A stretch of 61,488 nt of DNA, the filler included, from Globobulimina sp. (lineage: Eukaryota), in NCBI GenBank assembly GCA_003354225.1. It is 17 parts of 17 records of this genome, joined end to end, with 100 filler letters (N's around TTAATTAATTAA, not from the genome) between each part and the next. Parts side by side here need not be neighbours in the genome. Positions count along the whole stretch, not along the records: positions 21,759 to 25,280 come from PIVH01002583.1; positions 25,381 to 28,902 come from PIVH01002584.1; positions 29,003 to 32,524 come from PIVH01002585.1; positions 32,625 to 36,146 come from PIVH01002586.1; 13 more parts are not named here. One strand, 5' to 3'. Below the pieces are notes generated by a model, which saw nothing but the letters and a program-made list of their open reading frames with translations, was not told where the DNA came from and did no database searches. Made by a program: the position numbers and the translations under genes. Shown here in pieces: positions 22,777 to 34,205 of the stretch; position 1 is the first letter of the stretch; each line of letters begins with the position of its first letter.

Positions 22777-24480
22777 ATGACAGCGCAAAATAACAACACA
22801 TCACAAAACCAATACTTGCCACCCCAACAAATGTCAGAAAACCAATCCCAACCAATGCATCAAGCACCGACTTCTCATGGATATTATTACGCCACACCAC
22901 ATCAATTATACCCATACATGTCATTATTCTATTCCAACATTGCCACACATCCTATCAAAAACGAACAAGACGCAGCACCGCAATCAACCCACCCACTCCA
23001 CACTCACCCCTCTCTCATCTGGACTCAACGCAACAAAAACAAAAACAAAACTATGCCCCCTCTGCCCCCACCACCTACCGCCACCAACACCGACTCAATA
23101 TCAGCCGACACTGAATCTGATTTCGAGAACAGTGGCTATTGGAATCTACCACCTATCACATACGGCCCGTTAGCCTCAAACAACACCATTCCATCCCCTC
23201 CAAAACAACCCCGTATCGGCGACCAATACCAAGCAAGAATCCCCTCCATGGCCACCACCGACGAAAAAAAACAAAACGAAGCCAAACTCCAAGACGAATG
23301 TGTATGGCGATGCGACAAAGTATCACCAGACGCATTGGATCAATATCTCCGCATCGTACAATTCGTAATCGGTACCTCAAAACTCGCGGTGTACACAGAT
23401 TGTCACTACGACGAAGAAGCTGCGTTATATCTGCTAAAATTGCACAATTATGACATCAACGATAGCATTCACACACTGACTCTCAACAAACCCACTAAAA
23501 ACAATGCTAACTTTGCCTGGTTATTCAACAACAGCCACAGCAACGGCAACAAACGCATTTGCAAAGAGGAGGAGGACGAGGAAGAGGAAGAAATATTATA
23601 CGAATATAGTAACCGCACAATGTCTATCATTGGCTCACAACAACAGGACAATGACGACAGCTCATCGAGTTCCGACGGTTATGACGACGAAGATTACTGC
23701 TTTTCGTGTGGCGATGGGGGTAACTTATTGATCTGCGATAAGGAGAAATGTCTCAAAGTATGGCACATTCATTGTGCGGGCTTACTAAAAATGCCTACAG
23801 AGGAACAGTGGTACTGTCCGTCGCATATTTGTTGTGTTTGTGAGGGGCAATCGATTAAAAAATATCAGTGTTCGTACTGCGGGAACGCATATTGTGGGCA
23901 AGTTTGTTGTCCGCAGGAATGCAAACAATACGATTTCCATCACATTGAATTTTTATGCCTGACGTGTTTATCGCAAATGAATAATTTCAATGAGGATGAT
24001 GACGCGGACTGTGCTTATAAGTTTGCATCGGAACGGTTTATGCAACGGTTGTTGGAGTTGCATAAAAGGAAAAGGAATATTACGAGGGAGCGATCTAAGA
24101 ATATCATTCCGATGCAGTGCAAGTTGGGTCGCACTGACTTGCAATGGTTTGACTTATATGGCGCAGTGATATCGTGTGGCGGTTTGAGCGAGATTAAGGA
24201 CTTAAGCGCCTGGGATGGAATCAGGAAGAAATGTGAGTTGAATCAACATTTTAAGTCTGAGAATATATGGAAGTCGTTGCGGGATTCGTATATAGAATAT
24301 TTGTATTGCTATGAGAAGCAATATTTTCCCGAGACTAGCCATGTGCTGCCGAGGGGGATACAGACCATTGTGGATAATAAAGGTGCTTTGGACGGGTTGT
24401 ACTTTCCGATTGGGACTGAGGAGAATAGCAAAAACACATCGGACAATGCGGAGGAGGAGATGGTGATTGATGTGGATTGA
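22777..24480 (+). CDS. Chromatin protein with ELM2, PHD-C5HCH-like and ARID domains
   Basis: PRIGDQYQARIP..EEAALYLL..NYD (ELM2); DYCFSCGDGGNLLICD..C..WHIHC..WYCPSHICCVC (NSD-like PHD); LYGAVISCGG..W..LRDSYIEYLYCYE (ARID). Confidence 0.8.
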   Translation: MTAQNNNTSQNQYLPPQQMSENQSQPMHQAPTSHGYYYATPHQLYPYMSLFYSNIATHPIKNEQDAAPQSTHPLHTHPSLIWTQRNKNKNKTMPPLPPPPTATNTDSISADTESDFENSGYWNLPPITYGPLASNNTIPSPPKQPRIGDQYQARIPSMATTDEKKQNEAKLQDECVWRCDKVSPDALDQYLRIVQFVIGTSKLAVYTDCHYDEEAALYLLKLHNYDINDSIHTLTLNKPTKNNANFAWLFNNSHSNGNKRICKEEEDEEEEEILYEYSNRTMSIIGSQQQDNDDSSSSSDGYDDEDYCFSCGDGGNLLICDKEKCLKVWHIHCAGLLKMPTEEQWYCPSHICCVCEGQSIKKYQCSYCGNAYCGQVCCPQECKQYDFHHIEFLCLTCLSQMNNFNEDDDADCAYKFASERFMQRLLELHKRKRNITRERSKNIIPMQCKLGRTDLQWFDLYGAVISCGGLSEIKDLSAWDGIRKKCELNQHFKSENIWKSLRDSYIEYLYCYEKQYFPETSHVLPRGIQTIVDNKGALDGLYFPIGTEENSKNTSDNAEEEMVIDVD

Positions 24481-24653
24481 GTGTGTAATTCAGGGTTGGA
24501 CACATAACCGTTTTGCTTAACATAAAATTAAATAAGTTAACGTTGCGTTGCGATGCATGCAGTGCAAGGATATAATCAGTAACTTTTTGTTGTTTCCGAC
24601 TATAGGAAGGATTGTTTTGCAAAATAAACTTGAGTCTGAGACTAGATCCAAGC

Positions 24654-25280
24654 ATGGCAAGTCAAGATGAGATACTTAATCAGACTGTTCTCTTTGTATT
24701 GTTTGTTGTTTTTAGCATGACTATTGGCGCAGTACTCTTATTATTGTTTTGTTGGGTGACTAAATTCTGTAAAGCTAGATCAAAACCGCAATGTATATTT
24801 ATTTTAGGACCACCTGGTGCAGGCAAAGGAACTCAATCATCATTGATTGCTAAAAATCATCCAAACGTTAAACATTACTCTGTTGGTGATTTATTGCGAA
24901 GAGCACAAGCAAATCATACGCATTCATCAGAAATAGAGAAACATATTAAAGCAAACACCATCGTTCCCGTTCAAATTACAATGAGTATCTTAAAAGAAGC
25001 AATGCAGAGAGCTATCGGCACAGAAAAGATTACAAGGTTTTTAATTGATGGATTCCCGCGAAACGAAGACAATTTAGATGGATGGAACAAATACATGTCA
25101 GATTATGTTGATTTAAAAGGTGTAATTTGTTTAAATGTCACTGACAATGTTGCAAAAAGGAGAGTATTGGGCAGGATGAGAGATGAAAATGATGAACAAG
25201 CGATACTTGAACAGCGAATAAAGGACAGACGGAAACGATCATTGCCAGTCCTCGAATATTATCAGCATTCGAACTTGCTT
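24654..25280 (+). CDS. UMP-CMP/adenylate kinase family protein with N-terminal TM helix, 3'-truncated
   Basis: IFILGPPGAGKGTQ, HYSVGDLLR, IVPVQIT and FLIDGFPRNEDNLDGW. Confidence 0.88.
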
Positions 25281-25518
25281 NNNNNNNNNNNNNNNNNNNN
25301 NNNNNNNNNNNNNNNNNNNNNNNNTTAATTAATTAANNNNNNNNNNNNNNNNNNNNNNNNNNNNNNNNNNNNNNNNNNNNTTTATGGGATTTATTTTTCT
25401 TTTTTTTTTCTTTGAATCTATGTCAATTGTGCTTTACTTTAAAAATGGTATATATTGTATATGATCCTCGCACATCCTGATGATCTTAGCAAAGGTTTTT
25501 GTGAATCTGAAGAAAAAC

Positions 25519-27087
25519 ATGACTACTGTGCTGATTGTGCTATACATATTATCAATTATTAAAATAAGCACTGGATATTTACAATTCTCTTCATCGTCAT
25601 CGAGAGTTACAGTGTCAGATATATCCAAAATTAATGCAATCGGGACTGGTTCATTTTCGATATCACTATTTCTTCAGAGTCAAGAAGGTACATCTTATTC
25701 AGTGCCAAGTGCCTTATTATCAACTCGCAAGGAAGTGGCATACAAAGCGTTTATGGTGGCATTGGTTGGCGATTGGGATATTTACACTGGATACAGACCA
25801 TTCATTCAATTAAGATATAATCATATTTCTTATTCTTCGTCGCAAACATACACTGATGGGAATTGGCAACATCTCGTAATTACAAGATCTAACATTCCCT
25901 CACAAGATAAATGTGAGCTGAATTATTATATAAATGCAACCAATATATATTCGACAACATGGGAGATTGCAGGTGGTTGTTCCAGCAGCATTGCTAGCGA
26001 TGGATCACTGTTCTTTGGCTACGATGTTGGAACCACAGGTCAGTCGAATTATGCATGTTTTAAGTTGTTACTGTTTTGCATTGCTGTGTTGCAATAGGTT
26101 GGATCGGAAATTTAGCGCATATTTCGTTTTGGAAGAAGGCATTAAATGTACATGAAATACATGCTATATACAATCATGAAATGCAGTTCAACCAATCATC
26201 AACGTCAACATGTAATTTGTTGCATTATTATCCATTGAATGAAGATGCTTCGGTTTGTGGAGGTGAAGGCATTGTGTATGATGTCTGGAATCATCACAAC
26301 GGTGTTTTGAGCAGTTCTACGGATCCAATATGTGTCCACGAGCCTGCAGCTGGATCAATTGATTCAATTCAGGTACAAACAATGCCGGGAGAAACGACAT
26401 GTGCAGGTATTGAGATAATTAACATAACGCAGTGCATAGACATAATACATACTATATATGGTATATTTAGATGAGAATACAGGCTCTGGCTGGACCGTTG
26501 GAGCAATAGTTGGAGGAGTTTGTGTCATGTTATTTATTATAATTGGAGCTATGATATGTTATTGTTATTCAAAAAAGAAAGCAATTGTTAATAATAATAA
26601 TTTAGATGAAAAAGATGAATATCCAACGAATAATATCATAGCAACAGCTGCAGCGCCAATGGATGAGAGCCCACCTCCGTATGCGGCAGCTGATCATCAT
26701 AATATTGAGCTACATACAACAAAAGGAGCAGAGTTTGCATATAGCAATGTCGCCCCAACCGCACCAATTCACAATGAAACAGAAGCCACAGAACCGGGCA
26801 GAATGATAAATAATAATAACGACACGAATAATGTTGATGGAGAGTGTGATGATATGGATGAAGGAGCAATAACTGAATATTGTGATATTGAACAATGGTT
26901 TAATGATGATATTGATTTACAAGATTTGAGTGAAAATGATAAGAATAGTTATTTCAATGTATTGGTGCAAAATGGGTTTGATAAAATAAGTATTATTAAG
27001 AAAGTAAGTAATAATGATTTGATTGAAATTGGTATCAATAAATTGGGCCACAGGAAATTAATTTTGAGTGCTGTTGCAAAATTATAA
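25519..27087 (+). CDS. Single-pass receptor-like protein: signal peptide, LamG/ConA-like domain, TM, SAM
   Basis: Introns 26057-26097 and 26407-26470 join the frames; DGNWQHLVITR..YYIN..ISFWKKALN..YYPLNE (LamG-like), TM GAIVGGVCVMLFIIIGAMIC, PPPY motif, SAM LVQNGFD..DLIEIGINKLGHRKLIL. Confidence 0.8.
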
Positions 27088-27231
27088 TTGTTTATGACAC
27101 AAAACCACCTCAAAGATCAGATGACAAACAGTTTCTCTTGTTTTCAATAAAACAAATTCTCAAAAAAATTACTAAGAACTCTACCACGAATTCCGCCAGA
27201 TTCGGAAACAATAAAAACGTTTACTTTAATA

Positions 27232-27354
27232 GGACGTGTTAGAAACATTAAAAATTACACATTTGCAAGTCATTTTGTTGGCGCTTGGTTGAGATCATCA
27301 CAAAGTGGTTCATTTTTCCAAATTTGTTTTTAACGCAGTGTTTCTAACACATCC
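27232..27354. mobile_element. Putative MITE with terminal inverted repeats and flanking TA
   Basis: AATAGGACGTGTTAGAAACA (27228-27247) is the reverse complement of 27339-27358 with 1 mismatch; TA at 27230-27231 and 27355-27356; a related end AATAGGACGTGTT occurs at 36886-36898. Confidence 0.6.
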
Positions 27355-27479
27355 TATTCCATTGTGCACGAGACATAAATGTAGCAAAGTCATTGGCTGG
27401 ATTTCCGAATTCCCACTAAAAATTCCAAATCATTTTCTTTATTTTTACGTAATATCAAACAACCCAATCACATTAATAA

Positions 27480-28688
27480 CTAAATTCCCCAAACATCGTT
27501 TCTAAGAATAAAATCCAAACACATTCTCCAATGGCCTTTGCCACAATTTTCAAACAAGTGAACATAATCTGACGAGTATGGTGTGCTAAAAAAACGTGTG
27601 ATTAAATTAATCATATCCATTGGTAATGAGCCCGCATATTTGATTCTTTTTAAATACGCAAACACCAATAAATGATTATCAATGCAATCCGTCATCAATA
27701 ACGCATAATATTTACCATTGATATTTGTTGGACATTTTACCACTGATTTTATGATTTGCTTTTCTTCCAAATCATATACCAATATATCAACACCATCCTC
27801 AATTGACCCAAATAACACTAAATACCTGTCATCACTGCTTACAATATACCCACAATTGCACACATTCGACGGTAAACACAAGTCATCATCGAATTTATTC
27901 CATTTTGTGGCTGAATTTACATCATATTCCCAAATATATGCATTGGAAACATTATCCCCGAACCAATAACGTAGCACACGGTCACTACCACCAAATGTCA
28001 ATAATTTATGCTTTGTTTTGAGATAAACTGCAGAATGGCCATCATAAAACTTATGATTCGCAGAAATTGCAACAGTTCGCACTTTGTGCTTACAATTTAC
28101 ATTCCAAATTAAATGTTTCTGCTGGTCACCAATCAGATGATATGTATCGTGTTTGATTTGTGTTATTGTTCCTTTTTGAATATGACATGGTATGTGGAAT
28201 TTTTCCATGTTTATATCATCACCGTCCGATAAATCAATGCAAATAACTGTTTTATCAGCAAATAAATAGATTTGATCCATGCTCTCATTGTAAGAATACA
28301 GCGGGAAATATGTGGAACCAATGTATGAGTCAGATACTATCAATTCGCATTCATCACATTTATTGAGATTATATTTCCAGAATCCTGATGTTCCATATTT
28401 TATCGAATGGACAATGATGTGATTATTGTTAACTTTAATTGGAGTGTCATACGTGTTAGTTATTAAAGGCAGAGATATCCATTTTCCCTCTTCTTTCAAC
28501 CATGTCGATTTTGGCATTTCCTGCACGTATTTTGGAATTTGCATGATTTTAAAATATTCGTTGTTTGAACTGTTATGTGATATTTTGATCGAGGATGTTG
28601 TGGGAGGGTCACGTTTTTGACAATATGCGTTGCCTTTTATTCCACCTTTGTTCCTGCACCATTCGCACGTACACAGATGAGAAAACAT
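27480..28688 (-). CDS. Kelch-like beta-propeller protein
   Basis: YHLIG, GHSAVY..LLTFGG..IWEYD..W and YLVLFG..ILVYD blades; C-terminal LVFAY..LPMDMINLITRF..VHLF..HW motif. Confidence 0.72.
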   Translation of the reverse strand: MFSHLCTCEWCRNKGGIKGNAYCQKRDPPTTSSIKISHNSSNNEYFKIMQIPKYVQEMPKSTWLKEEGKWISLPLITNTYDTPIKVNNNHIIVHSIKYGTSGFWKYNLNKCDECELIVSDSYIGSTYFPLYSYNESMDQIYLFADKTVICIDLSDGDDINMEKFHIPCHIQKGTITQIKHDTYHLIGDQQKHLIWNVNCKHKVRTVAISANHKFYDGHSAVYLKTKHKLLTFGGSDRVLRYWFGDNVSNAYIWEYDVNSATKWNKFDDDLCLPSNVCNCGYIVSSDDRYLVLFGSIEDGVDILVYDLEEKQIIKSVVKCPTNINGKYYALLMTDCIDNHLLVFAYLKRIKYAGSLPMDMINLITRFFSTPYSSDYVHLFENCGKGHWRMCLDFILRNDVWGI

Positions 28689-29369
28689 CTTAATGTTTAC
28701 TAGAGTCACAATCTTTAAAATTATTTGACGAAGTTTCCAAATCGCAGCGAACATAATGTCGACAGTGATCAGTTGTGCTTTATCAAAATCCAGATCAACT
28801 GGCAACGTCCATAAACCAAATACACCAATCGTGATTTTTTGTTGTATACCGAGTATGAAGAAGCTGCTGCAAAATATGGATTCCTACTAGAAGCAATCAA
28901 CANNNNNNNNNNNNNNNNNNNNNNNNNNNNNNNNNNNNNNNNNNNNTTAATTAATTAANNNNNNNNNNNNNNNNNNNNNNNNNNNNNNNNNNNNNNNNNN
29001 NNGCTTTACAAATAATTGATTTATTTCACTCAAACTAACTGAATTCCCGCTAATATCCAACATAGTCAATAGATTCGCATTCTCCTTCTCCTATTTACCG
29101 TAATATTGTTTAATTGTGTTTTTTTTTGTTAATAAATATATGCGAATTTGCGGGTTTGTAAATAAAATATAACATACATTTTCTGCTTTGCCATCCATGA
29201 AAAATATTTCCCCAAAGAGAAATTTCTGGAAATTTAAGAATTTTACGTTAACGTTTACTTGCTATGGCGTATTTTTTTTACTGTATATATTGTATTCAAC
29301 TGCAGAAACAATAATTTGTATTTGTTTATCTTATCCCTTTGACTTAAAGTTTTTTAACTTTACAAAATC

Positions 29370-31592
29370 ATGCTACATAGACAACGTCGTTCCTCACGCA
29401 AACGTCCGTCGTCCTCACTGTACTCATTATTACCCAACAGTTGCAATGTACGAACCCTGCTCATCTCATTGCTCACCGTCTGGTTTTTGTTTGTCGTCTT
29501 TTTTGTGATGCAATTATCTCGCGACCCACCCTCGCATTCACCGCCCTCATTGGTTCAAACCAACATCAATAAGCCACCACCACCAATTCTAACAAACAAT
29601 GGCAACCACCACAATCCACCGCATATTGATATAGCCACAAAATCCATGGACTCGCATACATTGCAATTGATGCAAATATCTGACAAACTGTCAAAACAAA
29701 AGGCTTTGCCAAAACAACAAAGACGCATTTATTCAGACATTATCTTACCAAAATTATCACACTCGCAACCTCGCGAAATATATGATATCGTTAAGCAACA
29801 ATTCAAAAATGCCGAATGGCAGCCAGACAGCGAGAAAAACCGCAAAAAAAACACAGCAAAACCTACCAAGAAAGCCACCAAATCTCCAACACATAAACCA
29901 ACCAAAAACAAGCAAAGGTATCTTATCTATGACTTTTTTTGTGTCAAACTCAAAATGAAACAGATATACTCATATTAACCAGTGGCAAATACCAATGTTT
30001 ATATTATTGCAATGATGTACGAGACCGAGAGTGTGTGCTTAGACATATTGAATATTGGCGCAAACCACATGATAAATATGACAACGATGTGGATAAAATA
30101 CATGAATTATTTCGTCCGTCTCCCGTATTGAACGAAGAATATCCGCTCAAATCCGAGGGATACATAACTTTTAAGAATGATTGTGGCGGTTTCAATAACT
30201 TGCGGCAAGCGTATGAATTTATTATCGGAGTGACATGGCTGACGCAGAGAACGTTGGTGTTTCCAGTGACTGAGGGCTGGTATTTGATCGATTGGGGAAC
30301 CATTCAAATAGAACCACCGCCAAATGAACAGGGCGTCTCTAATTATGACTTGTTTTACGATATAAAGCATTTGTCACTGGTCATCCCGTTGATGAATTTG
30401 ACGCATTTCTTGTTTACATTCCAAAACGATAAAGAATTGGATCTCCCGTCAAAGTATCATATTAATTATGATAAGGATGAAATTACAGAGAACTGGGTCT
30501 GGCGAACTAGGCAAGATTTTAAGGTAAGTGACCCAGCTTAAACTGTGCATGTTGCAAAGCAAAGTTTTTTGTGGAAGTTTTTTTCCTCAACATCTGTGCC
30601 TGTCAACAATGCAGACTTTAAGCTGACATTGCTTGTATATATTAAACTACTTTAATTATAATAAGAAATGGCAGAATCACAGAGCGCTTAATTTATCATT
30701 TGCGGTGCCGTATGGTATAAACCATAACATTTTATTATGGCCATCGTATGAGGAGCTTAAAAACAGTAAGAAATCTAAATTTTATTCTGCGTCCAACGTG
30801 GATGATGCCCCCACATTGGATGAATATATTGGACATCGGGCCAAACGTGAATATTTTGATAGTAATTTGGGGCTAAACTCAAAGGAATATATACATTTTC
30901 CGAGTTGTGTGGACGGTGAGATGCGAAATTATCGCTACTTAGGACAGGTTGCAACGGCCATTGGTTTTGCTGATTTTGAGTTGGAATTGAAATATAAAAA
31001 ACTAATTCGCGACCATTCGCATTTGGTACCAAAGGTTTTCGAGATTGCTTCTTTTATGATATCGTATTTAGGATTATTTGAATATACATCAGCACATATT
31101 CGAAGGAACGATTTTCAATTTAAAAACTCTTGGATTGCACCAAAAAAATCATTTAAAAACATGGCGCAGCATTTTAACAAAGGAGAGGTTATTTACATTG
31201 CATCGGATGCAGAAACGGGGTTTTTTGCAAATATTACGCGGCAATTTGGATCTATTGCAGCTATTTATCGATGGGCTGATTTTGTGGAAAAGGATGGGAA
31301 ATTATATGACAAATTTCACAAACTGTATGGCGATGTGTTGGATGTTGATGGCATACCGAGGAAATTGGTACATTTGATCGAAATGGTAATCGCAGCGGGC
31401 GGGAAACGCTTTTTTGGTACAACTTCGTCGACATATTCTGCGTACATAACACGGTTAAGAGGGTACATGGACGCGCCTGACAAAGAGATATATTTCCATA
31501 ATCATGCGGGTGTTTATGATTTTCAGTATAGACCTACTGAGTATATGATTGAATTTAAAGACATGTGGCTTGACATTAAGGACTATTGTTGA
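29370..31592 (+). CDS. GDP-fucose O-fucosyltransferase (O-FucT/POFUT2-like), type II membrane protein
   Basis: N-terminal TM and P-rich stem; YITFKNDCGGFNNLRQ, RTLVFP, SAHIRRNDF, YIASD, IEMVIAA..FFGT.SSTYSAYITRLRG; introns 29918-29982 and 30524-30665. Confidence 0.88.
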
Positions 31593-31690
31593 GGTTGAAA
31601 GCACATTCTTTTTTCCTGTGAGGTTTTATGTTTGATCTACTTGGAGTTTTGGTAAATACATTTTTTGATTATACATTTTGTGCGCTCGCA

Positions 31691-32524
31691 ATGGCAGACG
31701 ACTTTCTGCATTCGCAGCAATTGCTGGATCAAAGCATCCAATGCATAAGCGATGGAATGGAATTGGAGAATAAAAACGAGTTACAAGCAGCATTGGACAT
31801 TTATGAAGAGGGAAATTCATTATTGATGCAGGCAAAAGAAATTGAAACCAACACAGATGTATTACCCATCATTTTGGCCAATTTAGAAAGTATCCAAGAA
31901 AGAATTAATTCAGTTCGTGGAATACAATTTGAAGCAATGATTACAAACTTACAACAAATGCAACAGCAATCAATCGATCTGTTCAATGATTACAATATGA
32001 CTCAACAACCAAATGAACCCAATAACAACTCTGATGATGAAGATACTGATTTAAATCCTGATGAATTGCTCAACCATTTATATGCACAATATTCGAGTGC
32101 CAATTATAATTACAACGAAAACGAAGTTGACACTGAAACGGAGAAAGAGAATGAAACAAATGATGACGATGCATCTTTATTAATTGAGCTGATACCAAAT
32201 GACCTCACCGGATATATATTTGAATTTCTATCTGGACGCGACTTAACAAACTTATTTGTTATCTCAACCGCATGGTATAATGCCTTATTATACGACACTG
32301 TTTTTGCACATTTATGGAAACGAATAATCATTGGAGCTGATCCAATACGTAACTCATTAGGACATAACCTCAAATTGGAATGGATAAAAACAACATTATG
32401 TGGCACACAGATCCGGTCATTGATGGAAACATTGATAATCAGCACCGCTGGCTTGGCGTTGGATGCGTTGATTCAGCCGATTTCTGAGCAGGATTTGTAT
32501 ATTTTGCAACAGTATAAATTGCCC
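31691..32524 (+). CDS. MIT-domain plus F-box protein, 3'-truncated
   Basis: MIT-like three-helix pattern (ELE..ELQAALDIYEEGNSLL..IQERI); F-box LIPNDLTGYIFEFLSGRDL..V..W..LWK. Confidence 0.65.
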
Positions 32525-32624
32525 NNNNNNNNNNNNNNNNNNNNNNNNNNNNNNNNNNNNNNNNNNNNTTAATTAATTAANNNNNNNNNNNNNNNNNNNN
32601 NNNNNNNNNNNNNNNNNNNNNNNN

Positions 32625-34061
32625 ATAACAATAAACATCACAACAATATGTATTTTTCCTAAATTCATTATCCATAACAATTATCATTCCACCTTTTTTC
32701 ACAAATTTTCGGGCCACTTTTAATTTCCATGCTGATGACACATATGTTTTAAAAGCTCCTTCATTCACCATTTTTTTATCCAATTTAACTTTATCTAATC
32801 CCGAATATAATTTATATTTTGCGGTCTCATGGTTGGATAATTGGCGAATTGCATTAAATAAACAGTAATCAAACCATTTCCAACTCTCATAATCGCCATT
32901 TCTTTGGCTTTTACTCAACGAATAATTACATTCTGTTCCTGTGTACAATATCAATGACAGCATTTGGGCTTTGTCCAGCGGCGAATGCATCATCTTATGC
33001 CTGTCCATGTTACCAATTGCAAGTAAAAACACATTTGTTTACATTTGGCCATACCTCAATGACTTTAGTTTTTCATCAACGATAGTTAACAATGAATATC
33101 TTTCTTCATTTTTGTCATCATCCTCGTCATCGTCGTCCAAATGAAGGCATTGTTCCTGTCCGTTATCAATAACTTCTTCAATCAACGCTTGTAAGTATCC
33201 ATTTTGCTCATTTGGTTGATATTTTTTTCTATCATTCTCCGTTGGTACATAAATGGGATGATTTTGCTCATTTTTTGTGTTTATTATTAATGGGTTTGTA
33301 TCAGGTTGCAAATTGATAATATTTTGCCTTGGTGGATGTCTATATATTTGTATATGACATAAATCGTCAAAGTTTAAGCCATCGGCTTGCAACCGACAGA
33401 AGGCCCTACATTGAGAAGCATAGCGACACGGCGGTTTATCACCAAATTCGTCACAAAAATGATTAAAATCTTTGAGATGTGTTAAATATTCCATTTTATG
33501 GTTATATTCGTTTTTCATTCTATTGTAGAATGGACATTTATCGGCGATATATTGCGAGTGCTGTTTGTGATATAATAGCATATATTTGCATGTGATCGGC
33601 GTATAATCTATTTTATGCACAAATTTTTTCACTACAACTTGTAAATTGAGACCAGAATCAGTTAAATGACTTTCATTGTAATCAGTGAGTGGGTTTTTGG
33701 CAGCTTTGGGCGAATTCGCGCCAGAAAGAAAAAGCTTTCCCGAGAATCCGATACAATCAAATTCTAATGGTTTGTGCTGAATATATAAATGTTGTGTGGC
33801 TTTTTTAATGATCTCACCGACTGTTACTGAATCGGCGTATTTTGTGGTTATTTTAAAAGTAGCATTTAAGTCCGAGTCTTGTGCACATTCGATATGGATT
33901 GGTATTTGTATTGCATTGGGCGGTGCCGATAATGGATTGTGTCGAATAGAAGACACAGCGTCCGATTGACCTGCTGTAGGTGCGTATGGTTGGCTACTTG
34001 CATTTGCATATGGATCGGATGTAGACGTTGGTGGTTGGATTGCTTGAGATGAGAAAGACAT
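32625..34061 (-). CDS. PBZ-like zinc finger plus ART-fold (arginine ADP-ribosyltransferase-like) protein, 3'-truncated
   Basis: Intron 33001-33054 joins the ORFs; KPPCRYASQC..CHIQIYRHPP; MLSLILYTG..LFNAIRQL..KLYSGL..FKTYVSSAW..VARKF. Confidence 0.65.
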
Positions 34062-34205
34062 GCTAAAAACGACAGTTTTTACGCAAGATATAATAACCCT
34101 AACAATTAAAAAAACTTAAATCCTCACAACACCTCTCTCTCTCTCTCTGACAGCACCCACCCATTCACCTCCCACCATCTCACATACACCAAAATAATAA
34201 TAACA

